From the NCBI RefSeq assembly GCF_009914755.1, contig NC_060935.1: DNA of 64,000 nt; one strand, 5' to 3'. Positions 1-14,500 of the stretch are shown here, in pieces; position 1 is the stretch's first letter; every line of letters begins with the position of its first letter. The notes beneath the pieces were generated by a model, which saw nothing but the letters and a program-made list of their open reading frames with translations, did not search any database and had not been told where the DNA came from. The position numbers and the translations under genes are program-made. Source of the stretch: the human T2T-CHM13v2.0 reference genome, Homo sapiens.

Positions 1-399
1 TGTTGTCATGTAATGACATGTCATGAAGGCAAAACTTGAGCCCTTGTGGCTAAACCAAGGCCTAAGAGAGAATTCTATAACCTGAAACGTACTCTGAACT
101 GTTATTTTCCATATTTTTAAAGTACTCTCCTGCCACCGGTGCCTCTCCATAACAGCATATCCACGTTCCACATGCCGCAGGAAAAAAAGTATTAAGATTA
201 TTTCTAAAAACGAGCTTAGGCACTCTCACAGTAAAAGAACTCCATTGTTTTATACGCCTACAGGATAAAGCCCCAATTGTCTCACCTGGCTTATACACTC
301 TGACTCCCATCCACTTCTCTGTGTTCCTTTCCCAGGACTCCCCTTTATGAACACTGTACTTGCACCATATGGGTCTTTGTAGTATTTTTCAATGAGTCA

Positions 400-760
400 C
401 ACAGCTTCAGAAGTCTGCTTTTAATATACAGTCCCTTCCACCTGAAATGTTCTTCTTGACTACTACTCATCTGGAAAACTATAACTCATTCTTCAAGATT
501 ACATTCAGGTCTTTTTCTCTAAGACATTCCCAAACTGGAAATTCAGATGAACTCCTCTCTATGGGTTTTTTGTTCATGGCGCCATGATTAATGCTTTTGT
601 CATACCATACATGTAATTGTTTTAAGTAGAAGTTTCAAATAGACCACAGGCCTACTAAGAGAACACAATCCCTTATTCACCTCTGCATCATATTATTAAT
701 AATTGTCACATTGCCTATAACATCATAGGAGCCAAACAAGTATTGGAGAAAGAAAGGAAG
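400..760 (+). mobile_element. L2 3' fragment
   Basis: Degenerate similarity to the L2 3' end (tcattcttcaag...ttattcacctctgcatc...). Confidence 0.55.
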
Positions 761-2844
761 AAAATTAGCAGGTGGAGAAGGGAAGGAAGACTTGATCTGG
801 TTCTTAAGACTGAGGTCATCTCAGCCATTGTGTCTTCTCATCAAGAAAATTATTCTCCTTAAGAGAGCTGTGGTTATGTTATGATGGGAGAACACAAAAC
901 ACCATGGAAAGACAACATTGCATATATAAAAGAAAATGTTCATGTGAGCACTTGAACGAATCAGTTTTACAATCTTAGTAATTTGAGAATACAGCTTTGC
1001 AACTAATATTTGTAAGAAAACTACATTGTAAACATACAATATTTTTATTTCCTAAGCATTTCCACCTTATCCATCTCATTGAATTCATATAATATCCTCA
1101 TTATTCTGATGTAGGTATTTTTTTTCTTTTTTGATTGGTAAACTAAGGCATAGTAATAGAGTGACAACTCTAGCCTTATTCCTTCTCTCTGTCGACCTAC
1201 GACATGAATCCTACAAACTTTTTTACTGGCCTACTTTGTTTTATCAGAGAATAAGCCATAATTTCAAAAATCTTTCTTCCAAAACCCTTGGATGAAAGGA
1301 AAAAAGAAGAGTGAATATCCATGGTCATGTAACCTGATTTTGATCTGTTTATCAGATCCTCTTCTTTTTCTATTTTTAGACAACAAATTAGATATTAATC
1401 CAGAATCAGTTAAGTCCAAATATGGGTTTGTAATACAGAGTGGGGGTGAAACTAAATGAAACTCCAGGAGAGCAGATGGATTTAGCTATTGTTAAGTTAG
1501 GAATGGTTTCCAAGAACATTTTGTATAGTCCAAATTGTCTTCTGTATGCAATTTATTAACAGTTAACATGTAAAAAGTGGCTAAATTGTTCGCCTCATTG
1601 CTCCTGGGCTTTGTGGCACCTTCTAGTATATTGATGCTTATGAATGAATTTCCTTTTAATGGTCAAAGCTTCTATAAGATTAAAAAAATATGCTTCGGTA
1701 AAATGGTCCCCCCTTCTTTGCTTAAAATCACAATAGCCATCTGTGCAAAGCTGCTATTGTGTTCCAAGCATTATACATCTACTAGTGCCCTTTGCACAGT
1801 TCTGCAGAATAGGCCTAGGCTTTATCAGGCTCATATTACAGCAGAGAAAAGTGAATTCATAGAGGTTAAGTGACATGTCCAAGATGCACTGCTGGCAGAG
1901 GTAAGACTTAATCCTTGAACTTTTTAGCTTCAAACCACTCTGTTCAACTTGCATTGCTTTGTGTGGCTTATGTAACAGCAAACACAACATTGGAAGCACC
2001 TCTGAATCATAATAATCCTAAACACTCAACTTTGGGAATACCACATTGAAAGTATTTAACATATGGCCCCCAAATTAAATGTAGCATGCACTTTTTAAAA
2101 ATTACAGACAGAACTGAAGTCATCACTGAAAGAAATAAAGTTACTAAAATAACTGGTACTGTAGAAATTTATAATAGCTTTGTCAGAAAGCATGGAATGA
2201 GATTTGAACATTTTGCATGGAATGGTTTTGTATCAGCATTTTAAATATAATCTTTATAAATTAGGCTATAATTACAACAGAGTACTTAAAATTTATTACA
2301 CACGTATTATGTGATTGGTACTATTGAACAGGAAGAACACATCTCTGCTTAAAATCTACTTACAGTTTAGTAAGAGAGATCAACACATATATTATTACTT
2401 AATAATTAACATATGCTGAGTAATACATGTAGGTGTTTTGGAGGTACAGAGGCTGATACAAGATTGACCTTACCCTTAAGGAGATTGTAACATACTGGGT
2501 ACTGTTTACTGAAATGTAATGCTTTTCCCTATACTAGGCTGTCTGCTCCATAAATACTGCTAAAAATGGAAAAAGAAAATCCTACCAGTTTTCAAATAAG
2601 ACCACTACCAATGGAAATAGTAACCCAATTTTCCTTCAACGAACACTTAACAATTGTCTTTCATGGTCTCCAAAGTAAGATGGAGAGAAAACAAAATTGA
2701 ATGAGTAGAACAAAATAAAATTGAATAAGTAGAAGGTCTGGGAGGAATGAATGGTCTGGTAGGTAAAAAGTCACGGAAATACGCAAGAAAACATAGGGCA
2801 ATTTGTGCTCTGTCAGAACAAAGAACTCTATGCTACTTATTATA

Positions 2845-3070
2845 ATTACTGAATCATGGTTTTTGACCCCTTACTATTTGCCATGCACTGTGCTAAGCAC
2901 TTATGTATGTCGTCTAATTTAATTTTCATACAACTCATTAAATATGCCCTATTATTCACCCAAATCTATAGATAAAATTGGGGCTTAGAGAAGTTGGGTA
3001 TTTTGCCCAAGATCACACACCAAGTAAGGATTTCAATTAAGGCAGTAAAACTCCAGAATGTAGTTTCTTG
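2845..3070 (-). mobile_element. MIR SINE
   Basis: Reverse MIR core (gcactgtgctaagcactt...ttgcccaagatcacac). Confidence 0.75.
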
Positions 3071-6000
3071 ACCTTGACTTTGCTGTTGATAGAGTGTTTA
3101 GAGGATCTTCCAACCAGAAATTCCCCTTTAGCTAAGTTCGAAAGGTGAGCAGTATATGCCATGGAAGCAAGAGGCTTGAGGAGCAAGGAGGTGAGTGGTG
3201 ACAAACCAGGCAGAAAAAAACAGTGAACACAAAGTCAAGGAAGCAAAAACAAGACAGACTGTCACTTGTTAAGCAAACAGAAGGCACTTTGTTATGTCTA
3301 CCATGTAGACATACGGAGGAAGAAGTGAGAAATGAAATAATGTTAAGGATACATATGGAGAAATAATGTGAAGGATACATATGGAGGAAGAAGTGAGAAA
3401 GAATGTTAAGGAGCCTAAATTTGAGACCTCTTACCAAATGTCACATTGGTAAGTAAATCTGTAAACATTATCTTAATCCTCAAAATTTCCAAGTGGCATA
3501 GGTATTATTATTATAATAATTTTACATATAAGGAAATTGAGGCTTAAAATATTAAATAACTTGCCCACATTGAAGGGTTCAAAAATATTAAAGAGATTGA
3601 CTCAGGAGAACTAGGTACCTCAGTAGACTTTGGGGCTAAGGGAAATAGAGGAGTTAACAATAACCTCCAAATTTTTACCTTGGGCAACGGGAGAGATAAA
3701 AGTTATTTCTCCCCCTGCCTGTGTTTATAGGGCAAACAAAAGCATCACAGGAACAGCAAGAAAAATACAAGAAACCTAATCAGTTACCAAGGTTTTGTTT
3801 CAAAAACCTTAAGGAACTATTGCTGGAAAAGGAACATAGTACTGTTTTCTGTAATTGTTTGACTATAGCTAGATTCTCTGAGGCAGTATAATCACAAAGA
3901 ATCTAATATGACAAGCCAACATCTTATGGCATAAACCTATTCATCCTAGCCGAATTAGTATCCCAATCTCTTCCTAAGAATACACACATTTTGAATACAA
4001 AACAACTTAATTCAGGTGAACTTGGTTTTAATCAAATTCAGCTATAATTATTCAGTTTCATGAAACACAATCAGGTAATAGTTACTTTTCAAAAACTAAT
4101 TTTTTTTAGAAAAACACACAATAAAATTGTCTTCGTATAGTCTTTCCAATGCAATTATATGGATTTGAAATACAATACATTTATAATGCTTACACACTGA
4201 GCCACGAAGTGTACCAGGCCTTTTCCATGTATTATCTCACTTAATTATCACAACAACTCCTTGAATTGGTACTATCATTATCTCTATTTTACAGTTAAAG
4301 AACGAAAGCTTTGAGCCTTTATTTTTCCAAAATCATTTCTGAAGAAGAGTGAATATTCAAGCACAATCATTGGCTCAAAAATGTACGTCATTGACAGGTT
4401 TTCACAGTTTTTCTTTTCAAAGTATTTTCATGATAATAAGTACATATTAATCATGCACACATCGATTATGTTACAGCTAGATGGACCTAGCACCATTGAA
4501 AAGCACAAGGTGTATTTGTTTTCCACAATAAAAAGTAATGTGTTTAGTCATGACACCTTTTGAAAAAAACACAGCTAATTTCTATCACCAAATCACTTTT
4601 AAAATTCAATTATTCAGTTCAATTATTTTATTTAATGTCTACCATCAAAGAAGAATGCATCAGTATAACATTAAACATATTTCACTTGAAATTCTTAATT
4701 ATTCTAAATGTGTCTGGGGATTTGACCTGCTTAACAAAAAATACACAATAGTTCTTGGATAGGGCCTTTGCTGATAAGTCATTAACTAAATAGATGATAT
4801 AAAGGTAGCATGAAGGCAGAAAGCAAAATAGTGAGATATAGCCATCTGATCCGAACTTTAAATTCATAGTGTTTGTCTTTCACATACAAAATTATCTCAC
4901 TTTCTCTGTTTCTGATTTCAGACTGCCTGTGAACATTGAGCTAGGTACTTTACAAGTATTAGTTCATTTCCTTCTTACAACAGCACAATATAAAATATAT
5001 TAAATTGAGTCAACAAATGAAGAAACCAAGGTCCAGAAAGATTAATCTATTCGTCCAATTGCTAAACAGAAATAAGTGGCAGAACAAAGATTCAAACATC
5101 TATGATTTAAATGACAAAATACAATCGACTTTTTGGTATAAGTAATTGTAAAATATACAATTCATAAAATCTAATTTACTTTAGAGTCTACTTCATCATA
5201 TGTAATAAGTGCATATACTTCGTTCTAAGTTTAATTGTTCTTTTATAGCATATATCCAAAGATGTGTATCTGAAAAAATTAAACGTTCTTCTAAGTAAGA
5301 AATAAGATACCTGAAATTAATGACATATATAAGAATCCTTTTACATATACATTGCTTTAAAGATGAAGACACAGTTAATTTATGAAAAGTCAACTGAATA
5401 TACTGTTGCGTTTTTTTTGTTTTTCTGCCACAATTCATCACTGTTGAATTCTTACAGGACATTTTAGGTAGTTCTGAAAATACATTGTTATTCAAATGTT
5501 TAAAAATAAAATTTCATCTCTTCATATGTATAGTATGAAATAGTCATCAATCTTCACTGCGTTGCTATTTTTAAAACTCAGAATTTTCAGTCATCTTCTG
5601 GTGAATAAAATCCCATAGTCTGTGATCCATTACAATTGTCTGCTTGCTTATCACTACCCTCTGTGCCCCACTCTCGAGCTCCATTTCCTTCCAATGTCTT
5701 TGCCCAGTATTCAAAATCCCCAAGTCTCTTCAGACCTCAGCTACACATCTATATTCTGGATTTCTTCTTGGAAAAGTGCAAATGGATAGAATTTGTAGCC
5801 AGGCAGCTTTGCATAAGGAAGAGTCAAAGAAACCTGGATTTGATTCTTATTAACTGTAAGTGCTTGGGCATGTTCCTGATTTTCTCCAAATGTTAGTGGT
5901 GTAGAAATTTACTTAACTTGAAGAGCTAGGGTAAAGAGTAGAAATAATGTCGTTAAAGTGTCTGATGCACAGGCTAAATATAATAACTGTTGGCTTTAAT

Positions 6001-6479
6001 TTAACTAATATTAATAAAAGAAAGCCCTTCTAAATAAGCCCTCAGACTTGTCCAACAACAGGATGAGCTGTATGGTGAGGGGAAGAGCATTCTGTCACCA
6101 AAATGCACTGAAGAGTGACTAATCCTAGACTAACTCAAGCAAAGTAAGAAATGACTGTTGGAGTTCTTATTCCAACATTCTAAAAGAATTCTCACCTGAT
6201 TTGGCCCTAACCTAGAGCTCTGATGTCTTGCTTAGAATCTGGTACAGGGAAAGTACTCAAAAAACTTGCTTTCCAACTCTTCCATTCTGACTATCTTCGT
6301 CTCCCTCGTTTTCCTAATGGGCTGGGTACTGACTCTGCTTTCTTTCTTGTTTGGTATATGCAACTCTAAAGGACTCTTTTCTACCTCTTTTTGCTTTGAG
6401 GTAATTGGAAAAAGAGCTTCATATAGGATAGCTTCCAGAATTCAAGAAGGCAAACCTCATGCACTCATGAAAGCAGTAA

Positions 6480-6715
6480 ACAGGCTATGTTTGGGAAAGT
6501 GCATGACCTGAGTCTCAACAACTTTGGGTCAAATGTAGGCTGTACCACTTCCTAGCAGTAAGACATGAAGAAAATAAACTCATCTTAGACTATTTATTCA
6601 TCTGTATAATGGGCTAATAACTACCTAATATGCCAATATGAGTATTAGAGTTATATGCTTTGTTAAACACTTAGGGTTAGCTCTTATATATAATAGGTAG
6701 TTAATAAATGCTACT
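6480..6715 (+). mobile_element. MIR SINE
   Basis: taccacttcctagc...catctgtataatgggctaataactaccta...aataaatgctac. Confidence 0.7.
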
Positions 6716-8899
6716 TTTCTTCCTTTACTTTCTTTGCTATTAATTCCTAACCCAGCAAGAAGAACTTGGGTGAAACCTTACAGTGTTCATTAAAGACATT
6801 ATTTGTACAGTATAAAACAATAATATTTATTTTATAAATTATAGCATCAAGAGAAAATAATTACTCAAGATAATTTGGAGTACACTGAAATCAAATAGGA
6901 GTGTCCAGTTCAGCCAACCTCAGAATACATAAATGAATGCTAAGTGCAAAAAAAAAATGAACAAAAATAGCAAGCAACAAAAGCAGTCTTCAGTTTCATG
7001 GGCATGTAAAAATTGATGTGTATTGAGACATTTTGAGAACGCTTTCTACAAGATGTTGAAGTTGCAGAATAAAATTATTCTGTGACAAAATAACTGATCA
7101 AGTATAGCTAACCAAAATATCAAGGAAATAAAAATTTCTACAAAATCAGATCTTATTCAAACATAACATCAAGAATGGCATTGTATGGTAACATTACATT
7201 TAAAAAGTCACATTATTCCTTCATCTCACATATTTGGAATATTGGCCTAAATAGCCCTACATTCCAGAGGAGAAAACAGAGAGAGGTTTGACGGCTTGCT
7301 CAGTATCACTCAGTGAGTAGGAGTGTTGTCTGGATTTCAAGCTTGGTCTGTCTTATTTTAACATCCTCCTCCATTTGTTTGCACTTTTAATTATTATAGA
7401 GGACACACAACGTAACTTGAACATGGAAAAGCAAAGACATCCTCACTATCAGTTGGTTTCTGGCTACCCTGACTTCTTGCCCAACCTTGAACTTGCAGTG
7501 AGCCACTGAGGGACATCCTGCCATCATTCCCCAGTCTAGCACTTAAACTTCCACCAAGACATATGTACCGGTCCTTGATCCTGGATTGTCTCCAGTCTCT
7601 GCTTTCCATTCTGGCTTTCAGGATGTAAAACAGAAAGCCATAGACAAGACCAGTCACACGGCTGGGTGAACACTGTAGGTCTAGGAATAGCCACTCCAAT
7701 GAGACCATCCTGTCTTCCTCTTGGATCCACTCCCAATCACAGTTGACTTAGACTTTTTCTCCTGTTCACAGGCACCTGTTCCCAAGCCATTTCTCTTACT
7801 TCCAATACATTTTTTTTTTCTGTTATCTTAACGTTGCACAATTCCAGCAAGAGAGAAGACTATTTCTTCTGTTTCATGTCTACCTGAATTTGAATCTCAG
7901 CCCTTCTATGCATTGTCAGGTGACTGGATAAGTCACTTAATCTCTATAATGTCACACTTCCATTCTTTAACATGAGAACTATGACATGATAGTGTAGGTA
8001 CTTCTGCCTTTCTTCATTCAAGTTATCCTTTACTTCTAGGAATTATTTTGAGGGAAAATGCATGTAGCATAGCCCCTAGCTCAGAATAGATACTGAATGC
8101 ATGATAGGTCCTGTACTCCCATTCTCACCCTGGATACTTCTTGTGGGACATGTGTCCTTAAGCCAATACCCTACTCTCTCAGACTTCCAAAATGTTACAA
8201 TTGAAAGGGAATTTGGAAGTGTTTGAGCTCCCCCAACCCAGGCATATTTTATTTTTCTTTTTACTGAAAAGTAAACTGAGTCCCTGAAAATAGAAAAGAT
8301 GTACTCATAGCAGAACTGATTCTGAAATCCCAGTTTTATAATTCCTAATATTTGGCAGCTTCCTTCATGCCCAACTTGCAGTGTCCTCATTGTCTTCTTT
8401 CTGTGGCTCTACTTAAAGCCCCGAACAGTGCCTTCATTTGTCTTTGCAGATGTATCCAGATCACACCTTATTTTTCTTCTTTATTTCTCTAAAGGTTTTC
8501 TCAAGTCATACTCAGCTGTGGTCTCTATGTTTCCCCCTTTCTGTCGAAATCGTCATCCACAATTTTGTTTTCATCCTATGAACTCTAATGGAATTACCAA
8601 ATCCCATGTTTTTCTCAATAATTACTCTCCTCTGCTGGGCCATATATCTGCTTTGTTCATTTCCACAGGCCTAGCACAAACCTGGAAAATAGTATTGAAT
8701 ACATATATTTGCTAAATGAACGAATAAATAAATCATCAATAACATCAGCTCCCTGATCCTTGGGATACTTGCCTTGCTTTATTCCTGTGGTACTAAACCT
8801 CTTGGTCTTCTGTGCTATACTTCTTTTACCCTGCACCTCTCAAAGCTGGGATTTTTGACCTTGTGGTTCTTGCTACATGTTCTGCATTCTGACAGCAGT

Positions 8900-9545
8900 A
8901 ACAGTGGTTGACTCTCAAATCTGTAGCTACAGCTTTACTCTAATGTACTTAGTGCTGTGTTTCAACTGGGCAGGTTCATCAACCATGTGAATGGTTCACT
9001 ATCACCCCAAACTTACTGTGCAAATGGACTTAAAATCAAATTCTTCACTTACTTCTAATTTCCCTAGTTCTGTTGACAGAACATCATTCTTTCAGACCTC
9101 TGGACTTAAAATGTAAAAGGTCTTTTGATTCTTTTGTTTTCCCCTTCCTTACACATTAATTAGTCACTAAGCCTTGATTATCCTCTCAAATATTTCCTTT
9201 TGCTCTGTCTCAAAGCACTTCTCACTCTTAACACCTTTAGGCATTCTTTGTGACCTTTCTAATTCTAACTCATCCTTTCCAAGTATTACTTCTGCATTGA
9301 AACCTTTATTGACCTCACAGTTTAAATCAGGCCTTATATACACGATCTCCTATCATGTCTTTCCCTTCTTTCTAGCTGTTATTGTATATCTATTTAAGTC
9401 TTCTGTCTCTTCCACTATACTATAAACTCCATGAAGGAGGGACTACATCTATTTTCTTCATCATTGCCTTCTCAGAACCTTACACAGTGTCTGGCATATG
9501 AAAAGATCTATAAATACTTGTTAAAAAGCTAATGAATTAATAATT
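8900..9545 (+). mobile_element. L2 3' portion
   Basis: Ends in L2 terminus-like aaactccatgaaggagggac...cacagtgtctggcatat...taaatacttgtt. Confidence 0.65.
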
Positions 9546-10475
9546 ACTTATCGAGATAAAAAAGTAAATGAACTAATAATTACATATTGAGAGAATCAAC
9601 TTTTTCCTACAGAGATTTCATGCCTGATATCACTTTGTCCTTATAGTATTATCAAAACAGGGAGTTTATACTTGTAAAAAGTTTCACCAAAAATTCTTAA
9701 AAATAAAAAATGTTTTACACACTTAAAAGGGGCTTACCTTATTAGAGAAAAATGTGCTTAAGCAGAATCCACACTCTCATTATGCAAGATGAATGAAGTG
9801 TTCCTATGCTTAGATTAATTGAGTCATCCTTCTTTCAAAAAAATGAATATGCTGTCTTTACAAGAAAGACTGTTAGGTTCTACCATACAAATGAATCATG
9901 GTTTCCATTGTGTCTACTGTAGTAGGGTTTACTAAATTTCTCTGAAGAAAACCCTGAGACCCTGACTTGCTCTAAATGATCAACTTTTCTTTCCTCAGAT
10001 TAGATTTGAACAAAGCCATAGGATAATGAAGATGATGATTTCTACCAAGATAAGCAGTGGGTGCTGAAAAAAAGTGATTCAACAAATGAAGAAAACAAAT
10101 ATTTACCATTCATGTTTGCAAGGATCACACAGTTGCCCACCACAAATACACCCTCTATGAGATAAACAAATAAAGCTCAAGTCCACAAAATGCCCCACAC
10201 TAAACTATAGTTTTCTCAAAACATTAGCATACGATTAGTTACTTGGGTCTCAAGAGCTTGAGTTAAGAGAAAAAACAAATTTTGGTAGGTAAATTTGATA
10301 ACAATGAACATAAGCAAACTAGCCAAATCTTCAATTTTGAAGATATTCTCAGTGAAAGTGTTAAATAAGAGAATAAAAATACATTTTTTAGACTAGAAAT
10401 GTCCATAAGAGCTCCTGGATAATATTTTTAGTGTCTTCTTAGCTTAGAAAATAATGCTAAAACTATGTAGTGAAG

Positions 10476-10502
10476 ATATATATATATATATATATATATA
10501 TA

Positions 10503-10537
<35 letters not shown>
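10476..10537. repeat. Compound (AT)n-CACG-(TG)n microsatellite
   Basis: Read directly from sequence. Confidence 0.95.
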
Positions 10538-11466
10538 TTATATATGTATTTTAGGGTAATACATTCCCCAGAATAGCACATTATTATATTGTTTTTTCCT
10601 CTGTTTTAAATAACAGTAATAACAGCAGCCAGTACTTCTTAGCATATATCATATTAACTGCCTGTATATTTAATTTATAATCTCATTTAATTCTTACAAT
10701 ATGTGTTTTAATATGCCACTAGTCTTTTCATTTTGCACTTGAAGACAAGTCTTCAGGAAGTTTAAGTATCTTTCCCACATCCCTACTGCTAATAAATGGT
10801 AGGAGTTTTTAATCCAGATCTGTTGAATTTGCAAACTCACATCCCTACCTCTATGACACTCTATGTTCACAGATGCTGATTCTTAAATTATAAGGAGTCT
10901 AAATCTGAGTTCTGCAAAGTTTTGTTCTTCTGTAAAGTATTTAAAAGAAGAAACAACATTTCACTTCAGAGTATAGTTTTCAGAGTTTGGCAGACTTGAG
11001 TTTGAAGACCAGCTTAGCCCATTTAGCTCTATAAAACTATGGGACGTTATTTATTACTCTGGGCCCCTAATTTCTCATTAATATAATGGGACTACCATCT
11101 AGACAGTCATTCCTTCATGTATACAACAAATATTAATAAGCACCTACTATGTGTGAGGTATCATACTGAAAATTAGAGGTAAAGATATACATAAATAAGA
11201 GATAGCCCTGGCCCTCATGGAGTATACAACCTAAATTTTCTACATGTAGGCTCAAATTCACACCAATATAATGTTTAAAAATATGAAAATATGAATAATT
11301 TTACTATTCAAATGGCTTAACCATTATTGACCAGAGCTTTTCCTAAGTAATTAATTCATTAATTTTGTTACTTTCACAAAGCACTGACATTTCCCACTTC
11401 TTGATTGGTTCTTCTAGACAGAAACCCTGATTAAAGTTGAATCTACAGGTAGTAACTAGTTAATTC

Positions 11467-11565
11467 ATATATATATATACACACACACACACATATATAT
11501 ACACATTATGTATATATACACATATATATACATTATGTATATACACATATATATTATATATATAT
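11467..11565. repeat. (TA)n/(CA)n compound low-complexity repeat
   Basis: Read directly from sequence. Confidence 0.9.
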
Positions 11566-14500
11566 TTTAAATTTAAGTAGGCACATGAGCATGTACACAT
11601 GTGCACACTCATTTCTAGAAAAGGATTTGAGGTGGCTTGCTAGTTAATTTAAGAACAAACTTTTTAGCTGGTTGCTCTTAGCAACAGTCTTTAGCAGTTC
11701 TGCCTAGTTGGCCAGAATGATTTCTTAAAGGGAATGAAGCATTCAAAGTAGTTTAACTAACACATGGAAAATAAATGACTTACTTCAGAAAGACTTACAC
11801 AGGGACTGGGAATTCTAACGTAGTTGGGATGGAGAAGACAATGGTGCTGAGAAGCCCCCTACACATAGGGGAATTTTCCAGAGATTTCCTTCCCCTGGAC
11901 TATCTCATGCCTACATGTCTAACAAAGCCAGAAGACCAGAGCAACATGGCTGACAGGTTCCTGTGGCAGCACTGGAACCAGGCCTCATCCTACAAAGTAC
12001 AGGACCAACCCTTCTTACCAGTTCTATTGCAAATCATTCAGTTCTATTGAAGACACTGGACCATACATGGATTCTATGTCAGAGAGACAAAAGCTGCTTA
12101 TTTTATAAGCAATAAAAGCAAAACAAATCCTTTCCAGCTGGTATGAAACTATCGATTATTTTAAGATGGATTTAAACTAACTCACAAAATATAGGTTACT
12201 ATGGGAATTATGTTTACAGACATTCATGCATCCATTCATTCCTCACCAAGTACTTATCAACCAACTTCTAGGTCTCAGTCTTGGTGACCAAGCGATTCAT
12301 TTATTTGTTCATTCAATATATATTTATCAAATACCTCATTTTCCCTCTGCTGTCATGAAGTGGAGTTCAGTAGAAATTATATGCAGATAAAAATATCTTA
12401 AAAATGAAGTATGATGGGTGTCATTATTCAACAGGTCCTTCTTTGAAATTAACACTAGGTCTCAATTGCCTAAATAATTAAACAATAGATTATATCAACC
12501 ATTCATTCAACAAACATAATAAATTGAACTTATGTTGTAAGCACTATAGCAGTAGCTAGGTGTTCTGGATGTTAAGTCCCAGACTCTGACACCTCATGAT
12601 ATTTACAGCCTTGTGACACTTGAGTTCAATATGAAGGAAAGAAGTCCATGACTCCATGTGAGCAGAGATGATACAAAGTCCAGGGATGTCTTCCATGAAG
12701 AGATGACACAAATTGAGTCCTGAAGGAATACTATTAATATTTCCTTGATGGCTTCCCTCCTTGGATAGCGTCCATACCATTGTAAGGCACTAGGCAAGTT
12801 TAGAAAAAGATCAATACTGTATTTGCTAAACAAACGAATGTTCTTGTTGGCAATAAGTAGAATATTTATATGCAATGATTAAATAATAGCACAAGGTGCT
12901 AACACAATTCAGAGCCAAAAGCAACTATACAGAGAGTGCTTTGGGGGCTCTGAAAAGCCAGATTATATACAAGGAAAGATTTCAAACTGTTCAATAAGTC
13001 AGGATTATTCAATTGAAACTAAGCAACTTTAGACATACTGTATAAATGATCTCATTAATATTTTCTGAGTGATACATTGAAACATCTTGATTGAACACAA
13101 TTCAACATAGAATTAGATTAAATGGAACTGAGTCTGTGATAGGTAATAAGGATCTTCAAAACCATCATCTATGAAATACATCAGGTCCTGAACATTAACA
13201 CGCTGGTACTGATGAAACTTACTTTGGAAAATCTGCTTCTCCAGACAGAAAGCAAGAAAGTAATCTTGACTTGTAACTAGTAAAACAAGTAAATAAACAA
13301 GAAAACAGAGACAGGAGGAAAGAAGAAAGGAAGAAAGGAAGGAAGGGAGGGAGGGAGGGACTTCTATAAATCTATTTAAGTCTATTCATTATCTCTTACT
13401 TTGCTACAAATTTCATTACATTGGCGCTGAAGTTGCTATACAGTTTTCCAAAACTGCTTCAGAGAGAAACTAAGTAAACATTGTCAATTAAACGTAAATA
13501 CAAAAAGTTAACCTAACAACTGTAAAGGAAGTCTAGAGTTTTCCAGATAGACCTCTTCTCTAAAGTTATATTTAAGGGAGACTTGTACACCAATGCCAAA
13601 TGCTTATTCAAAATTGCAGAACACCTAGCTGTGACAGTGCAAAATGAAACATTTCAGATTATCCTTTCTGGTCAGAAAAATCTGAAAGTTATCTTCCTGA
13701 GTCCAAAGAATGGAAGAAAAAACATGAATGAGGGTCTGGCAACATCCAAAAATTGGCCAGACCTAGCAAATATAGCTCCCCAAGCGAACACCTAGAGTCT
13801 GAATACTAGTAGAATGCTGATTAATCTGAGATCAAATCTATAAGTGATTTTTATCTGCCTCCCCAGAACCCAGAACATCTACCACCTAAGCTATCTTTAC
13901 AGAGAGATAAAGATTTTTATTTTTTTCATTCAGATATATTTGATTCTACAAATCTCCTCTGTAGGAGAAGTAGCAGGGTTTTGGGCACATGCAAATTCTT
14001 GCTGAGTTTCCTGGCTTGACACTAAAAGTGTAAATAACTGACATGGAGGTGTATGTGAAACTGATTTAACTGGAAGTATCAAGGTAATATCCAGGTCCTG
14101 GACTTCTGAAGTGGAATGGAAAAGAATAAAACAGAAAGCCAGCAGTGACTTCAACTGGCCTAACTACATACTCTTATCCATTATAAGAGTACAATAGGTT
14201 GTATTCCCAAGCTAGGAGCTGGCTGAAAGAGGTCAGAAGCCAGAGGAAAGAAGAGACCAATATCTGAAGTCCTTCAGCTCTACTTCTGCCCTTATGATCT
14301 GAAACATTTGTCAGCCTTCATTGCACAGATGGAATTTTACCTGAGAGTATGCATTAGCTGAGCCCTCTGTACTATGTATACTCTGGCTTTCAAGATTTGA
14401 CTAGGTAACATGCACTCATTTTGATCATACAAATATATAAATAAAAACTGTGGGGCAAGCACCAGCTTCTCCCTTTGCTCTTGGTAGCATCCCAGAAATA

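Noticed and set aside
3310-3412. Interleaved 15-25-bp direct repeats, superficially array-like
   Set aside because: Irregular two-copy local duplications with no repeat-spacer periodicity; not CRISPR.
13205-13235. CTGATGA...GAAA hammerhead-like core (CTGATGA also at ~46537)
   Set aside because: No valid stem II or flanking helices.
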